Shown here: one piece after another, positions 1 to 9,878 of the stretch | Numbering within the stretch: position 1 is the stretch's first letter | Layout of the letters: the number at the start of each line of letters is the position of its first letter | Assembly: GCA_016928235.1 (NCBI GenBank) | Contig: JAFGLD010000036.1 | Location: forward strand, 3,646 to 67,645 | Direction: 5' to 3' | Source of the DNA: Anaerolineae bacterium | Lineage (GTDB): Bacteria > Chloroflexota > Anaerolineae > Aggregatilineales > UBA3940 | Length of the DNA: 64,000 nt | Made by a program: the position numbers and the translations under genes | The notes under the pieces: model-generated | Database searches by the model: none | What the model saw: the letters and a program-made list of their open reading frames with translations, nothing else | What the model was told of the DNA's origin: nothing

Positions 1-124
1 TCCATCAAGCACCTCACTTTCTGTCCTATGTTATACAATGCTCCAGCTTGTATTAACTTCCAGGCAACTTGACTGGTTTATTCTCTGTGATTACATTCTA
101 CTCTATTGTGCAAAGAGGGCAACC

Positions 125-153
125 TTGACCATCTTTTCTCTCCATGATACAAT
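125..153 (+). promoter_or_regulatory. sigma70-like promoter candidate upstream of the SLT gene
   Basis: TTGACC (125-130), 17 nt spacer, TACAAT (148-153) with TG at 145-146 (extended -10). A second TTGACT-N17-TACATT lies at 69-97. Confidence 0.4.
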
Positions 154-166
154 CAACGAATTGTAA

Positions 167-961
167 TTGAACGCATGTTCTCTTGGATTCAAAATAGTGT
201 CTTCGAAACCAAAAGCAAAAACAAAAGATAGAGCACCAGCTTCAAAACCTAAGTCGAAGCGTTCGCTGCGCACCCTATGGCTTGAGATTTTATTTTTTAT
301 TGCGCTAGCCGTATTTGGTTTTAGCGTGGTGGCTCAATTTTTGGGAGGCAGGTCAGAGACTGTCCTTCATTTTCCTCCACAGTTAGTTGAAGCGACAGAC
401 GTTGCAACTCCCAGGTTGTACGAGGCTGCCAGCCGCCGCCCTGTGCCGGAACCCAATCTCTCGCCAACTTTCATGCCGTCTGTCCAATATTGGAAAGATG
501 ATATTCTCAATTGGTCGGCAGATTATGGGATTGACCCGAATCTTGCCGCGACGGTCATGCAGATTGAATCCTGTGGTAATCCGGAAGCTCAATCAAGTGT
601 TGGGGCTACCAGTCTTTTCCAGGTCATGCCTTTTCACTTTGAAGAAGGCGAGAATCCCTTTGATCCCGATACAAATGCTAAGCGAGGTATGGCGTATCTT
701 TTGCAGGGTTTGGAGTTATCTGATGGGCACGCGGGGTTGGCTCTTGCCGGATATAACGGCGGGCACGGCGTGATCTCTCGTAATTATGAAGACTGGCCGC
801 GCGAGACACAGAATTACTATCGTTGGGGAAGCGGAATTTACCGCGAGGCTTCGGCGGGATGGGATAGTAGTCCAACGCTTGCAGCATGGCTGGCTGCCGG
901 TGGCCGATCGTTGTGTCACTCGGCTGAATCGCAACTTGGGTTGTCTTCTGAATCGCGGTGA
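167..961 (+). CDS. membrane-anchored lytic transglycosylase (SLT domain)
   Basis: 264-aa ORF with a basic N-terminus and one hydrophobic helix (LWLEILFFIALAVFGFSVVAQF). SLT motifs MQIESCGNP, SLFQVMPFHF and AGYNGG are present. The TTG start at 167 is uncertain; there is an in-frame GTG at 197. Confidence 0.75.
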   Translation: MNACSLGFKIVSSKPKAKTKDRAPASKPKSKRSLRTLWLEILFFIALAVFGFSVVAQFLGGRSETVLHFPPQLVEATDVATPRLYEAASRRPVPEPNLSPTFMPSVQYWKDDILNWSADYGIDPNLAATVMQIESCGNPEAQSSVGATSLFQVMPFHFEEGENPFDPDTNAKRGMAYLLQGLELSDGHAGLALAGYNGGHGVISRNYEDWPRETQNYYRWGSGIYREASAGWDSSPTLAAWLAAGGRSLCHSAESQLGLSSESR

Positions 962-1130
962 CAGTAGCCGGGTTCTCGTGCCCTGACTCCGTACCAAAAG
1001 TCTTATCTTTCAGATAAATGGCCATAATGACCGGTAAATTGGCATCCGTCAATGGTTACCTCGATATCACAGATCAAAGACATGGCTTCAGAGATAGGCG
1101 TGCCTTCAGCCGCATCTTAGGCAAATCAGC

Positions 1131-1160
1131 TTGGGTGCCTTTGCGTGCCTGTGGTACAAT
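1131..1160 (+). promoter_or_regulatory. promoter candidate for the Hsp20 gene
   Basis: TTGGGT (1131-1136), 18 nt spacer, TGgTACAAT (1152-1160). A 7-bp inverted repeat GTGTCAG-N6-CTGACAC (1225-1244) lies in the predicted leader. Confidence 0.3.
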
Positions 1161-1289
1161 CAAAATTGCCCTGGTTAATTGTTTAGAGTTTGTTGACATT
1201 ATTTGCCCCGGTTATCAAATGAAAGTGTCAGCAGAATCTGACACCAGGGGTTTTTGATGGTGTAGCACATCCAAACGGAGCACCGGAAG

Positions 1290-1769
1290 ATGCGCAACGT
1301 CATGGTACTGATTGATGCTGTGGGAGGAAGTGTGATGCTGGTGGACAAAAACAACTATGGCAGACGAGTGGAAGCGGCAGAGGTGCATTATCATGAGACA
1401 AAAAACCATCAACAAATCCTCCAGGCGCGCCATAGCCAGGTATGGCGTCCGCCGACCGATGTTATGGTTGACGATGAGAAGTTAACGGTCGTGGTTGAAG
1501 TGGCAGGGATGCAAATGGGTGAATTTCACGTTACTTTGGGCAGCCAATACTTGACGATCAGCGGTGTTCGTTCTCCCAAAGGGCAGGGTCAAGTTGCCTA
1601 CCACCAGCTTGAAGTTCGATATGGCGAGTTCAGCACGGAGGTGACGCTGCCGTGGATTGTAGCTGAGGAGCAAATTATTGCGCGGTATGAGGATGGGTTC
1701 CTAAAAGTCGAACTCCCTCGTGCCAAGCCACACAAGGTGCGTGTTACACGTAAAAAGCAGGATAGCTAG
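1290..1769 (+). CDS. small heat shock protein, Hsp20/alpha-crystallin family
   Basis: Alpha-crystallin domain: WRPPTDVMVDDEKLTVVVEVAGM, LTISGVR, YGEFSTEVTLP, ARYEDGFLKVELPR. A GGGAGGA RBS at 1322-1328 favours the in-frame ATG at 1335 as the true start. Confidence 0.9.
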   Translation: MRNVMVLIDAVGGSVMLVDKNNYGRRVEAAEVHYHETKNHQQILQARHSQVWRPPTDVMVDDEKLTVVVEVAGMQMGEFHVTLGSQYLTISGVRSPKGQGQVAYHQLEVRYGEFSTEVTLPWIVAEEQIIARYEDGFLKVELPRAKPHKVRVTRKKQDS

Positions 1770-1882
1770 TGTTTCGCGGTATAAGTAAGCCATCAATTAT
1801 GGCCACCTGCGAAACACTTAAACAGTTGGGTACGAAGTGCTTCTTTACTGACGGGCTATTTCTGCCCAACTGTACTAGTTGC
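1770..1882 (+). repeat. structured intergenic repeat, copy 1 of 3
   Basis: Aligns with 9333-9442 and 34395-34528. Predicted hairpins are 1769-1779/1806-1817 and 1822-1830/1865-1873. It starts at the Hsp20 stop codon. Confidence 0.85.
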
Positions 1883-1965
1883 AAAGATCAGCAAGGAGCC
1901 AATTGATGCGTATTACGCTTATTTCAACAGATCATGGCCGGCATGTTGAGCATTAGAGAGGGATT

Positions 1966-4551
1966 ATGTCACCTCGTGGCAAAACACGATTGAAACAAGA
2001 GGCCGGTCAGCAGGATGAGCTGGTCAACACCGGGCCGTCCGAAGAAGAACAGCAGACGTTGGCTGTTGCTGAAGAGGAAGGGCTGCAACATATCCCTCAA
2101 GATCTACCGATCTTGCCCTTGCGGGGTCTGGTTGTCTATCCTCAGACGATCGTTCCTTTGATGGTGGGGCAACCCCGATCGGTGCGTCTGGTAGATGATG
2201 TGGTTTCGGGAGATCGGCTGATAGGGTTAGTAGCAAGCCACGATCCTGAGAAAGAGATGCCTGGCCCAGACGAGATTCACAGAGTAGGCACATTGGCTGC
2301 TGTCCACCGGCTTCTCCGCGCGCCGGATGGGACACTCCGATTACTGGTGCAAGGGCTGCTTCGTTTTCAGATCGAAGAATATACTGCGACGGAGCCTTAT
2401 CTCAGGGCTCAGGTAGAACCTCATCCGGAGGTGCTGGAAACGGGAATTGAGGTTGAAGCCCTGATGCGCAACATTGGCGAGCAGTTCCGCCGCATGGGAG
2501 AACTGAGCCCCAATCTTCCCGGCGAGTTGCTGACTTCCACGCTTGGCCTGGAGGATCCACTGCAGTTGGTTTACACAATTGCTACCTATATGCGGATCGA
2601 CCTCAAAGATGCACAAAATATGCTGGAGATCGAGGGTGTCCAGGAGAAGCTGCACCGTTTGATGACTCTTTTGGGCAAAGAGTTGGAGATCCTGGAACTC
2701 GGTCGCAAGATTCAGGCTGACGCGCAAACAGAGATCGATAAAGTTCAGCGCGATTACATTCTCCGGGAGCAGCTCAAGGCTATTCAGCGTGAGTTGGGGG
2801 AGGGGGATGAGCAGCAGGTTGAAATCGACGAATTCAACCAGAAGATCGAACAGGCCGGGATGCCGGAAGAGGCGGAAAAAGAGGCTCGCCGTGAGCTTGA
2901 TCGATTGTCTAAGCTGCCAACCGCCGCTGCCGAATACGGCGTGATCCGCACCTACCTGGATTGGTTGACCTCGCTGCCGTGGACTGTCACGACAGATGAC
3001 AATCTCGATATCGCCCATGCCCGTCATGTTCTCGATGAGGACCACTATGGCTTGGATGACATCAAAGAGCGCATTCTCGAGTTCTTGGCCGTGCGCAAGC
3101 TGCGCAAAGAGCGGTCTAAGAGGCGCAAATCAAAGGAATTGCTGCCTACGGATCACATTCGTCGCGAGCGCGAGGGTGTGATCTTATGCTTCGTGGGGCC
3201 TCCTGGTGTGGGCAAGACCTCGCTGGGAGCATCCATTGCGCGGGCTTTGGGACGCAAGTTCATCCGGATCAGCCTGGGTGGCGTGCATGATGAGGCCGAG
3301 ATTCGAGGGCATCGACGGACGTACATTGGTGCTTTGCCCGGCAACATCATTCAGACACTGCGTCGAGTCGGTACACGCAACCCGGTCTTCATGATGGATG
3401 AGGTTGACAAGCTGGGCATGGACTTCCGGGGTGATCCGGCGTCTGCCCTGTTGGAAGTGCTCGACCCGGAGCAAAATTCTGAGTTCCGTGACCACTATCT
3501 GGATGTACCGTTCGATCTTTCCCAGGTCATGTTTATCACAACGGCCAATCAACTCGATCCCATCCCTGGCCCGCTGCGCGATCGAATGGAAATTTTGCAG
3601 CTGTCTGGTTATACAGAGACTGAAAAGGTGCGTATTGCCGAGCAATATCTCGTCCCTCGCCAGATCAGAGAAAACGGCTTACGCGCGGCGGAAATCAAGT
3701 TTTCCGGCGATGCTCTGCTGAAAATCGTCCGCGACTATACTCGCGAGGCGGGTGTTCGCAACCTTGAGCGTGAGATCGGTGCAGTTTGCCGCAAGGTCGT
3801 CACACGCATCGCTGAGGGTAAAATCAAGAGAGTGACCGTTGGTGTAAAGGCAATCAGGGATTTTCTGGGCAAGCCCAAATATTATTATTTGTCCGAGGTT
3901 GAGGAGCGTACCAACGTTCCTGGCGTGGCAACTGGTTTAGTCTGGACTCCCGTTGGTGGTGACATTGTTTTCATCGAAGCAGCTCAAATGCCGGGTGGCA
4001 AGGGGTTTACTTTGACCGGCCAGCTTGGCGATGTCATGAAGGAGAGTGCCAGAGCAGCTTTGAGCTACATCCGATCGCGGATGGTCGATCTATCGATCAG
4101 TGATGGCTGGTTCAGCAAACATGATATCCACTTGCATGTTCCTGCCGGAGCAGTGCCCAAAGATGGCCCATCAGCCGGGATCACGATGGCGACTGCGCTG
4201 GCCTCACTGCTCACCCGACGACCGGTACATGGTAATATCGCCATGACGGGCGAGATCACACTTCGCGGGCAGGTTCTGCCTGTTGGGGGGGTGAAGGAAA
4301 AAGTCCTGGCGGCGCATCGATTTGGTCTGGATACGATTATCATGCCCAAGCGGAATGAGAAGGATCTGGATGATATCCCGGAAGAAGTTCGTCAGAAGAT
4401 GAAGTTTGTGTTGGTGGAGCGTGTCGATCAGGTACTTGAGCATGCCCTGGGTGAGCCTGTCCAATCGTCGAAGCCTTTCAAGACTCGCAGGCGAGCGAAA
4501 GTAACCCAATCGAAAAATCATGAGAGGATAGAATCGTGTCCTACAAAGTAA
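1966..4551 (+). CDS. lon: ATP-dependent Lon protease (LonA)
   Basis: 861 aa with an N-terminal LON substrate-binding region. Walker [10 protein letters not shown], Walker B FMMDEVDK and protease serine motif [15 protein letters not shown] are present. An AGAGAGGGA RBS precedes the ATG. Confidence 0.97.
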   Translation: MSPRGKTRLKQEAGQQDELVNTGPSEEEQQTLAVAEEEGLQHIPQDLPILPLRGLVVYPQTIVPLMVGQPRSVRLVDDVVSGDRLIGLVASHDPEKEMPGPDEIHRVGTLAAVHRLLRAPDGTLRLLVQGLLRFQIEEYTATEPYLRAQVEPHPEVLETGIEVEALMRNIGEQFRRMGELSPNLPGELLTSTLGLEDPLQLVYTIATYMRIDLKDAQNMLEIEGVQEKLHRLMTLLGKELEILELGRKIQADAQTEIDKVQRDYILREQLKAIQRELGEGDEQQVEIDEFNQKIEQAGMPEEAEKEARRELDRLSKLPTAAAEYGVIRTYLDWLTSLPWTVTTDDNLDIAHARHVLDEDHYGLDDIKERILEFLAVRKLRKERSKRRKSKELLPTDHIRREREGVILCFVGPPGVGKTSLGASIARALGRKFIRISLGGVHDEAEIRGHRRTYIGALPGNIIQTLRRVGTRNPVFMMDEVDKLGMDFRGDPASALLEVLDPEQNSEFRDHYLDVPFDLSQVMFITTANQLDPIPGPLRDRMEILQLSGYTETEKVRIAEQYLVPRQIRENGLRAAEIKFSGDALLKIVRDYTREAGVRNLEREIGAVCRKVVTRIAEGKIKRVTVGVKAIRDFLGKPKYYYLSEVEERTNVPGVATGLVWTPVGGDIVFIEAAQMPGGKGFTLTGQLGDVMKESARAALSYIRSRMVDLSISDGWFSKHDIHLHVPAGAVPKDGPSAGITMATALASLLTRRPVHGNIAMTGEITLRGQVLPVGGVKEKVLAAHRFGLDTIIMPKRNEKDLDDIPEEVRQKMKFVLVERVDQVLEHALGEPVQSSKPFKTRRRAKVTQSKNHERIESCPTK

Positions 4552-4925
4552 TGATTGTCGATGACGACAAACTGACAGTCAGCCTGTTGAAGACTCTTTT
4601 GGAACTAGATGGCTTTGAGGTGGTTTCGGTTGCCGAAGGCACAACAGCATATCAGCGGGCACGGGAAGATCCGCCGGATGCTTTCCTGGTAGATTATCAC
4701 CTGTCTGACGGAGAAGGAACTGATTTTGTTGTTCAGATGCGCGCTGACCCGGATCTATATCAACTACCAGTTGTGATGACTTCAGGCCTAAACCGCGAAG
4801 ATGAAGCGATGCAGGCGGGGGCAGACTGGTTCCTGATTAAGCCCTTTGATCCTTCTGATTTGGTCGATGTTTTTCAGAGACTGCTGGAGAGCACTGTTGA
4901 TGGTGAGGAAGAAGATTCCTGGTAA
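4536..4925 (+). CDS. single-domain response regulator (CheY-like receiver)
   Basis: MIVDDD acidic pair, FLVDYHLSD phospho-acceptor, MTSG and LIKPF lysine. The start overlaps the lon stop (GTG 4536 after GAGAGGA, or ATG 4551 within TAATG). Confidence 0.85.
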   Translation: MSYKVMIVDDDKLTVSLLKTLLELDGFEVVSVAEGTTAYQRAREDPPDAFLVDYHLSDGEGTDFVVQMRADPDLYQLPVVMTSGLNREDEAMQAGADWFLIKPFDPSDLVDVFQRLLESTVDGEEEDSW

Positions 4926-4982
4926 GGTTGATCGTGTGAAGCTATGGGATCGATTCCTTCTGAGAGGGAGGGTTAACAAAGC

Positions 4983-6710
4983 GTGAAGTCAAAAGAGAAG
5001 CATTCTCTACAATGGTATAAGATGGACTTGCATCTGCATACACCTGCTTCCAAGGATTTTCAGCAGGCAGGTGTTACCTATCTGGACATCCTTCAGCAGG
5101 CCAGGCGTTGTAGCCTGGATATTATCTCATTCACTGATCACAACACTGTTCGTGGGTATCGTCAGATGCTTGAGGAGATTCAACAGCTTGAGCTGTTGGA
5201 AAATCTGGAACGCATCAATGCCGATGAACAGCATCGTCTCAGTGAGTATCGTCGCCTCTTCGAATCGATGCTGATCTTACCGGGTTTCGAGTTCACAGCC
5301 ACTTTTGGATTTCATATTCTGGGGGTGTTTTCTCCTCAGACTGATGTTAGATATCTGGAACACCTGCTGTTGGATCTGAATATCTCGGCTGATGTGTTGG
5401 ATAGTGGTGAGACGAACGTAGGAGCCTCGGCTGATGTTCTGACCGCTTATGCCGCCATCCGTCAGGCTGGCGGGCTTGTTATCGCCGCGCACGCTAATTC
5501 TAATCATGGTGTTGCGATGCGAGGCATGTCTTTTGGCGGCCAGACTCGCATTGCTTATACCCAGGATGCCAATCTACACGCCCTGGAAGTCACCGATCTG
5601 GATCGGCGCGGGCAGCATACAACGGCCCGTTTTTTTGACGGGTCTAAGCCGGAATACTCGCGTCCGATGCGTTGCATTCAGGCTTCTGATGCCCATCGCC
5701 TGGAGCGTGATCCGCGTAATGCAAAGAATCTCGGTTTGGGTGAGCGAGTCACGGAAATACAACTGCCCGATCTGAGTTTTGAGGCACTTCACGCAGTTTT
5801 GTCCGGCAACGATTTTGCTCGTACACGTCCCTACCGGGGCAGCACTACGCCTTTCGATCACGTGTTAGCCGCACGGCAGGAAGGCCCATCGATAATGCAG
5901 TCTTTTCATGAGAGTATGGCTCAACGGGGTGGGCGGCTCTATGGAATCATCGCGGATGTATGTGCCTTTGCTAATACCAACGGCGGGACGCTTTATGTTG
6001 GTGTTCCTGCTAATGCTAAAGCCAAGCCGGTAGGTGTGCCGGATATCAATCAGGCAGTTGAGCAGCTCAAAGCCGAGCTTCAGCGTAAGATCACCCCACC
6101 CATCGAAGCTCAGGTAGATGTGCTTCAAACGCAAAGTGTGTCGGTGATTCGGGTTCAGGTTCCTCCCGGAAGCGAGCCGCCCTACGCCATCGATGACTAC
6201 AAGATCTACGTCCGTGATGACACAGAGACCAGTCTGGCGGTGCGGGACGAGATCGTACAGCTTGTTCTACGCAGTCATAGCCCACAGATAGATATTCTTG
6301 AGAATGTCGACGCTGAGGGTTCCGGTCCTCTGGTTGCCAGCCGTGTCGAGCCTCCTCGTACCGGCGTGGAGGTCATTGCGACGGAGAAACGCAACAACAT
6401 GCTCTATCACCACGTGCGCGATCTGCGCAATGGCAACATCGTTCGCAATGTGACACGTGGTTCGGCGCGTAAGCTGTGGCACTATGCGATCACTCAGGTG
6501 GAAGATCATATCATCGAGATGGACAGGCTCCGCTGGCATGGAGAGATCGCCCTGATACAGGTGTATAAGCATGGTGCCAAGCAGCACTACGATTTAGCTC
6601 AACGCTTCAATGGGGATTCCCGTATTTACTATGGCGTGACTGAGGATGGTATTCAAGATAGTACCCACGCGGCCTGGCGTGAGCTGCTTGGTTTAGATGA
6701 AGAGGAGTAA
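4983..6710 (+). CDS. PHP-domain protein fused to an AlbA_2 (Schlafen-type) putative DNA/RNA-binding domain
   Basis: The N-terminus has the PHP metal motif MDLHLHTPASKDF...ISFTDHNTVRGY...AAHANS...ASDAH. The middle region GGRLYGIIADVCAFANTNGGTLYVGV...YKIYVRDDTETSLAVRDEIVQLV matches the AlbA_2 pattern from memory. About 140 aa at the C-terminus are unassigned. Confidence 0.7.
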   Translation: MKSKEKHSLQWYKMDLHLHTPASKDFQQAGVTYLDILQQARRCSLDIISFTDHNTVRGYRQMLEEIQQLELLENLERINADEQHRLSEYRRLFESMLILPGFEFTATFGFHILGVFSPQTDVRYLEHLLLDLNISADVLDSGETNVGASADVLTAYAAIRQAGGLVIAAHANSNHGVAMRGMSFGGQTRIAYTQDANLHALEVTDLDRRGQHTTARFFDGSKPEYSRPMRCIQASDAHRLERDPRNAKNLGLGERVTEIQLPDLSFEALHAVLSGNDFARTRPYRGSTTPFDHVLAARQEGPSIMQSFHESMAQRGGRLYGIIADVCAFANTNGGTLYVGVPANAKAKPVGVPDINQAVEQLKAELQRKITPPIEAQVDVLQTQSVSVIRVQVPPGSEPPYAIDDYKIYVRDDTETSLAVRDEIVQLVLRSHSPQIDILENVDAEGSGPLVASRVEPPRTGVEVIATEKRNNMLYHHVRDLRNGNIVRNVTRGSARKLWHYAITQVEDHIIEMDRLRWHGEIALIQVYKHGAKQHYDLAQRFNGDSRIYYGVTEDGIQDSTHAAWRELLGLDEEE

Positions 6711-6716
6711 AACCGG

Positions 6717-7226
6717 GTGCGAGTGGGGATTCTGACAATCAGTGATCGGGCTTCCAGCCGTGAGTACGATGATCGGTCCGGCCCACTGATTGGCCACCTG
6801 CTCGAAGAGCGGCTGGGCTGGCAGGTTGCCGAGACAGGCATCGTCCCTGACGAGATAGCCGAGATCGAGAAGATACTGCTTGATTGGGTTGATGTTCGAT
6901 GCCTGAATGTGGTTTTCACCACCGGAGGAACGGGTTTTGCCCCGCGTGATGTGACCCCCGAAGCCACCCGATCTGTCATCGAGCGGGAAGCGCCGGGTCT
7001 GGCAGAGGCAATGCGCGCAGCCGGTCTGCGCGTGACCCCTCACGCAATGCTGTCTCGGGCGGTCTGTGGCATCCGTGCGCAAACGTTGGTTGTCAATTTA
7101 CCGGGAAGCCCCAAAGCGATCAGAGAGAATCTAGAGGTTCTGTTCCCCGTGCTGCCCCATGCGCTTGACCTGCTGAACGATAAGCCAGGTTCTGAGTCGG
7201 GACACCGATTTATTCGGCAGGTCTGA
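6717..7226 (+). CDS. mog: molybdopterin adenylyltransferase MogA
   Basis: VGILTISDRASSREYDDRSGP, TTGGTGFAPRDVTPEAT and NLPGSPKAIRE are collinear with E. coli MogA. GTG start. Confidence 0.85.
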   Translation: MRVGILTISDRASSREYDDRSGPLIGHLLEERLGWQVAETGIVPDEIAEIEKILLDWVDVRCLNVVFTTGGTGFAPRDVTPEATRSVIEREAPGLAEAMRAAGLRVTPHAMLSRAVCGIRAQTLVVNLPGSPKAIRENLEVLFPVLPHALDLLNDKPGSESGHRFIRQV

Positions 7227-7286
7227 GAGTTCTGGTAGTGTTCCCGGTCAGGCGCATAAATCCCCAATTCACAGAGGAATTTTATC

Positions 7287-9332
7287 ATGATGAAATGTCG
7301 GCTGTCGATAAAGCCGGGTATCCAGGCCAAGCTGGAATTGGTCGTGCTGGTGGTCATACTAATGCTGGCTGCAGGATTGCGGCTTGGCGCGCCGGCCATT
7401 GCTGAGTTTAAGAGGGATGAGGCCAATCTGTCTCGTCTGGCTCTGGATCTGGCTCGTGGACGCAGTGTGCCGCTGCTGGGGATCACTTCATCTGTGGGGG
7501 CGCCTAATCCACCTATCAGTGCCTATCTATTTGCCGTTCCATATTTGGTAGACGACAGTGGTGTCGCTGCGACGCTGTTTGTTGGGCTATTGAATGTAAT
7601 AGCCGTGATTTTGACATGGTGGCTTGCACGGCGAACATTCGGTGCAAGAGCAGCGGCAGTGGCAGGAATTCTCTACGCAGCCGGGCCGTGGGCCGTAATC
7701 TTTTCCCGCAAAATATGGGCCCAGGATCTGCTGCCGGTCTTTGTCGTGGCTACCGTCTTGACCGGCTTATCAGGTTTCAGAGAAGGCAAGCGATGGGCCA
7801 AGATCGCTCACTGGCCATTGTTGGTGCTGACGATGCAGATTCACTATGGAGCGTTCACGCTGTTTCCGCTCAGTTTGCTGATGATGTTTCTATGGCGAGA
7901 CAAAGAGCAAGGAAAGTCAACCAGGCGCTTTTGCCTGGAATTTGGCATTGGAGCGGGAATCGCGTTGCTAACCGCCGTGCCTGTGTTGCTTGGGGCGTAT
8001 CGAGCCGGGCTGTTCTCGTACACCGTAATTGATGAAGCTCTCAACCAGGGGGGCTCGTCGATGGTGATCGATGGCACAGCATTGCGCTATGCCTGGTTGT
8101 TGGTCAGCGGTATACATCTGCATGCATTGGCAGGCCCCGATCAGTTTCGCTATTACTTGACAACCGTGCCGGATGCGTACCCAATCTTCCAATTGATTCC
8201 ATTGGGAGCGGCATTATCAGCCGGGTGGGTGGTGTGGCAGAGGATCAATGGCGTCCTTAGTTACAAAGGGACGAGCCCGAATCAGACTAAACTGGACAGC
8301 GATGCGGTACCCTGCTGCCATGCGAATGTAGGAGACGAGGGTATCCTTCTGGTTGCTTGGCTGGCGCTGCCGATTTTGGCTTTTACCTGGCAGTGGACGC
8401 CTGTCCAGCTTCACTACCTTATTCCGATGATGCCTGCGGCGTACATCCTGTGTGGAATTGGCTTCGATGCCTTGTGCCGGTGGAGCAAATCGGTAGTAGC
8501 GAGTCGGATTATCATGTGTGTTGGTTGTATGGCAATGGGCACAATTGTGGTGTTGCAGGTGGTGATGTTTGTGGGGCTGATGCGTTTTCTGGATACACAC
8601 TATACTCCCGGCGGTTTTGGAACTCCATTACATCTGCTTTTGGATGTGCGTAATGCAATCTTAGAACGGTATCCGTCAGATGTGATAATTGTGAGTGAAG
8701 GAGAGATTCCTGACTATGATCAGGAACCTGCGGTTTGGAGCGTCCTGCTGGATCGGATTTCTGATGTTCGCGCGGTTGACGGCACTCGGACGGTTGTGGT
8801 TCCGGCTGAAGGAGCATTGGAGTTGGTGCTCCTTTCTGACAGCATTGAGGCTGGCCCTTTTGGAGATTATTGGGAGCGTAATGATGGAAGAGATGTCTTC
8901 CCGCAGCGACCTGGAGACAGCTCCTATCTGCTCCGGCCTATAGATGACTCATCGCTGGCCGTGCTGGTGGTGCCAATCGAGCCGGTCCGGTTTGCCAATG
9001 GCGTATGGTTGGTAGGGTACATCAGACAGGAACGTGCTTTAGCTCTGGTTTGGAAGCTTGATGGGGCGGCGACTCAGGATTATCAGGCTTTTATTCATCT
9101 GCAAGACATGGATGGGAACCGTATTGCTCAGGCAGATCGCCTCAGTTGGCCGGGGCGCTATTGGCGAGCAGGCGATACGCTGTATCTATGGTTCGATCTA
9201 GACGCTTTGCCGCAGGCAACCGCAATTTCTACCGGGATGTACTCGTTTGAAGGGGATGTTTATATCAATGTGGATGTCTTGGATGTGGCCGGCAACCCCG
9301 CCGGGCAGTCGATCACCATTCCCCTGGACTAG
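7287..9332 (+). CDS. GT-C fold membrane glycosyltransferase (GT39/ArnT-like) with a soluble C-terminal domain
   Basis: 681 aa with many hydrophobic helices in the first ~450 aa. An acidic DE motif lies in the first loop (FKRDEANL), as in GT-C enzymes. The last ~230 aa are hydrophilic. The family call is motif-based, not from a search. Confidence 0.6.
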   Translation: MMKCRLSIKPGIQAKLELVVLVVILMLAAGLRLGAPAIAEFKRDEANLSRLALDLARGRSVPLLGITSSVGAPNPPISAYLFAVPYLVDDSGVAATLFVGLLNVIAVILTWWLARRTFGARAAAVAGILYAAGPWAVIFSRKIWAQDLLPVFVVATVLTGLSGFREGKRWAKIAHWPLLVLTMQIHYGAFTLFPLSLLMMFLWRDKEQGKSTRRFCLEFGIGAGIALLTAVPVLLGAYRAGLFSYTVIDEALNQGGSSMVIDGTALRYAWLLVSGIHLHALAGPDQFRYYLTTVPDAYPIFQLIPLGAALSAGWVVWQRINGVLSYKGTSPNQTKLDSDAVPCCHANVGDEGILLVAWLALPILAFTWQWTPVQLHYLIPMMPAAYILCGIGFDALCRWSKSVVASRIIMCVGCMAMGTIVVLQVVMFVGLMRFLDTHYTPGGFGTPLHLLLDVRNAILERYPSDVIIVSEGEIPDYDQEPAVWSVLLDRISDVRAVDGTRTVVVPAEGALELVLLSDSIEAGPFGDYWERNDGRDVFPQRPGDSSYLLRPIDDSSLAVLVVPIEPVRFANGVWLVGYIRQERALALVWKLDGAATQDYQAFIHLQDMDGNRIAQADRLSWPGRYWRAGDTLYLWFDLDALPQATAISTGMYSFEGDVYINVDVLDVAGNPAGQSITIPLD

Positions 9333-9442
9333 CGTTTCGCGGCATAAGTAAGCTGTCGGTTATGGCCACATGCGAAACACTTAAACAGGTGGGCATGAAG
9401 GGCTTCTTTACTGCCAGGTTATTTCTGCCCAGCTGGACTAGT
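9333..9442 (+). repeat. structured intergenic repeat, copy 2 of 3
   Basis: Starts 1 nt after the TAG of the preceding gene. Shares the blocks CGTTTCGCGG..TAAGTAAGC..TATGGCCAC.TGCGAAACACTTAAACAG.TGGG..TATTTCTGCCCA.CTG.ACTAGT with copy 1. Confidence 0.85.
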
Positions 9443-9878
9443 ATTTTGCGACATGATTAAGCTCATAGATGACGTTAGGATACGAAAACACTCGGGTAGT
9501 TGGGCGGAGAAATCGACAAACAGGCCTTGGTTCTCTCGAATGCACGAAAAGATACCCTACTGTGAGGTAATCCCGATCTGCCTCAGCTCTACCCACCTGG
9601 AGGGGAGCGGGCGGTATGGGGTAGGGCGGGGTCGTGTGTGTGGCAGGTCTAATCATCCTCTGAGGCTACCATAATCATCTCGGCGTCATCCCTTATGATT
9701 CACGCATATTTCCGGTATGCCACATGGTGAGCGGTGTAAACGATCCCGTACCGGCGCAGGCTGGACTGTAGGCCTGCTGACGTCGCAGAACACGAGACTT
9801 GTCCAAAGATCGACTTCAGCTTACTATTCATGATGATGGGAGCTGGCTTTTATTCGGGCTCTTTTTAAGGAGAACACT

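Noticed and set aside
9438-9674. Two mutually antisense ORFs (72 and 73 aa) in the gap before the MFS gene
   Set aside because: They have no RBS, no motifs and Gly/Arg-rich low-complexity translations. The region is kept only as an unexplained spacer.
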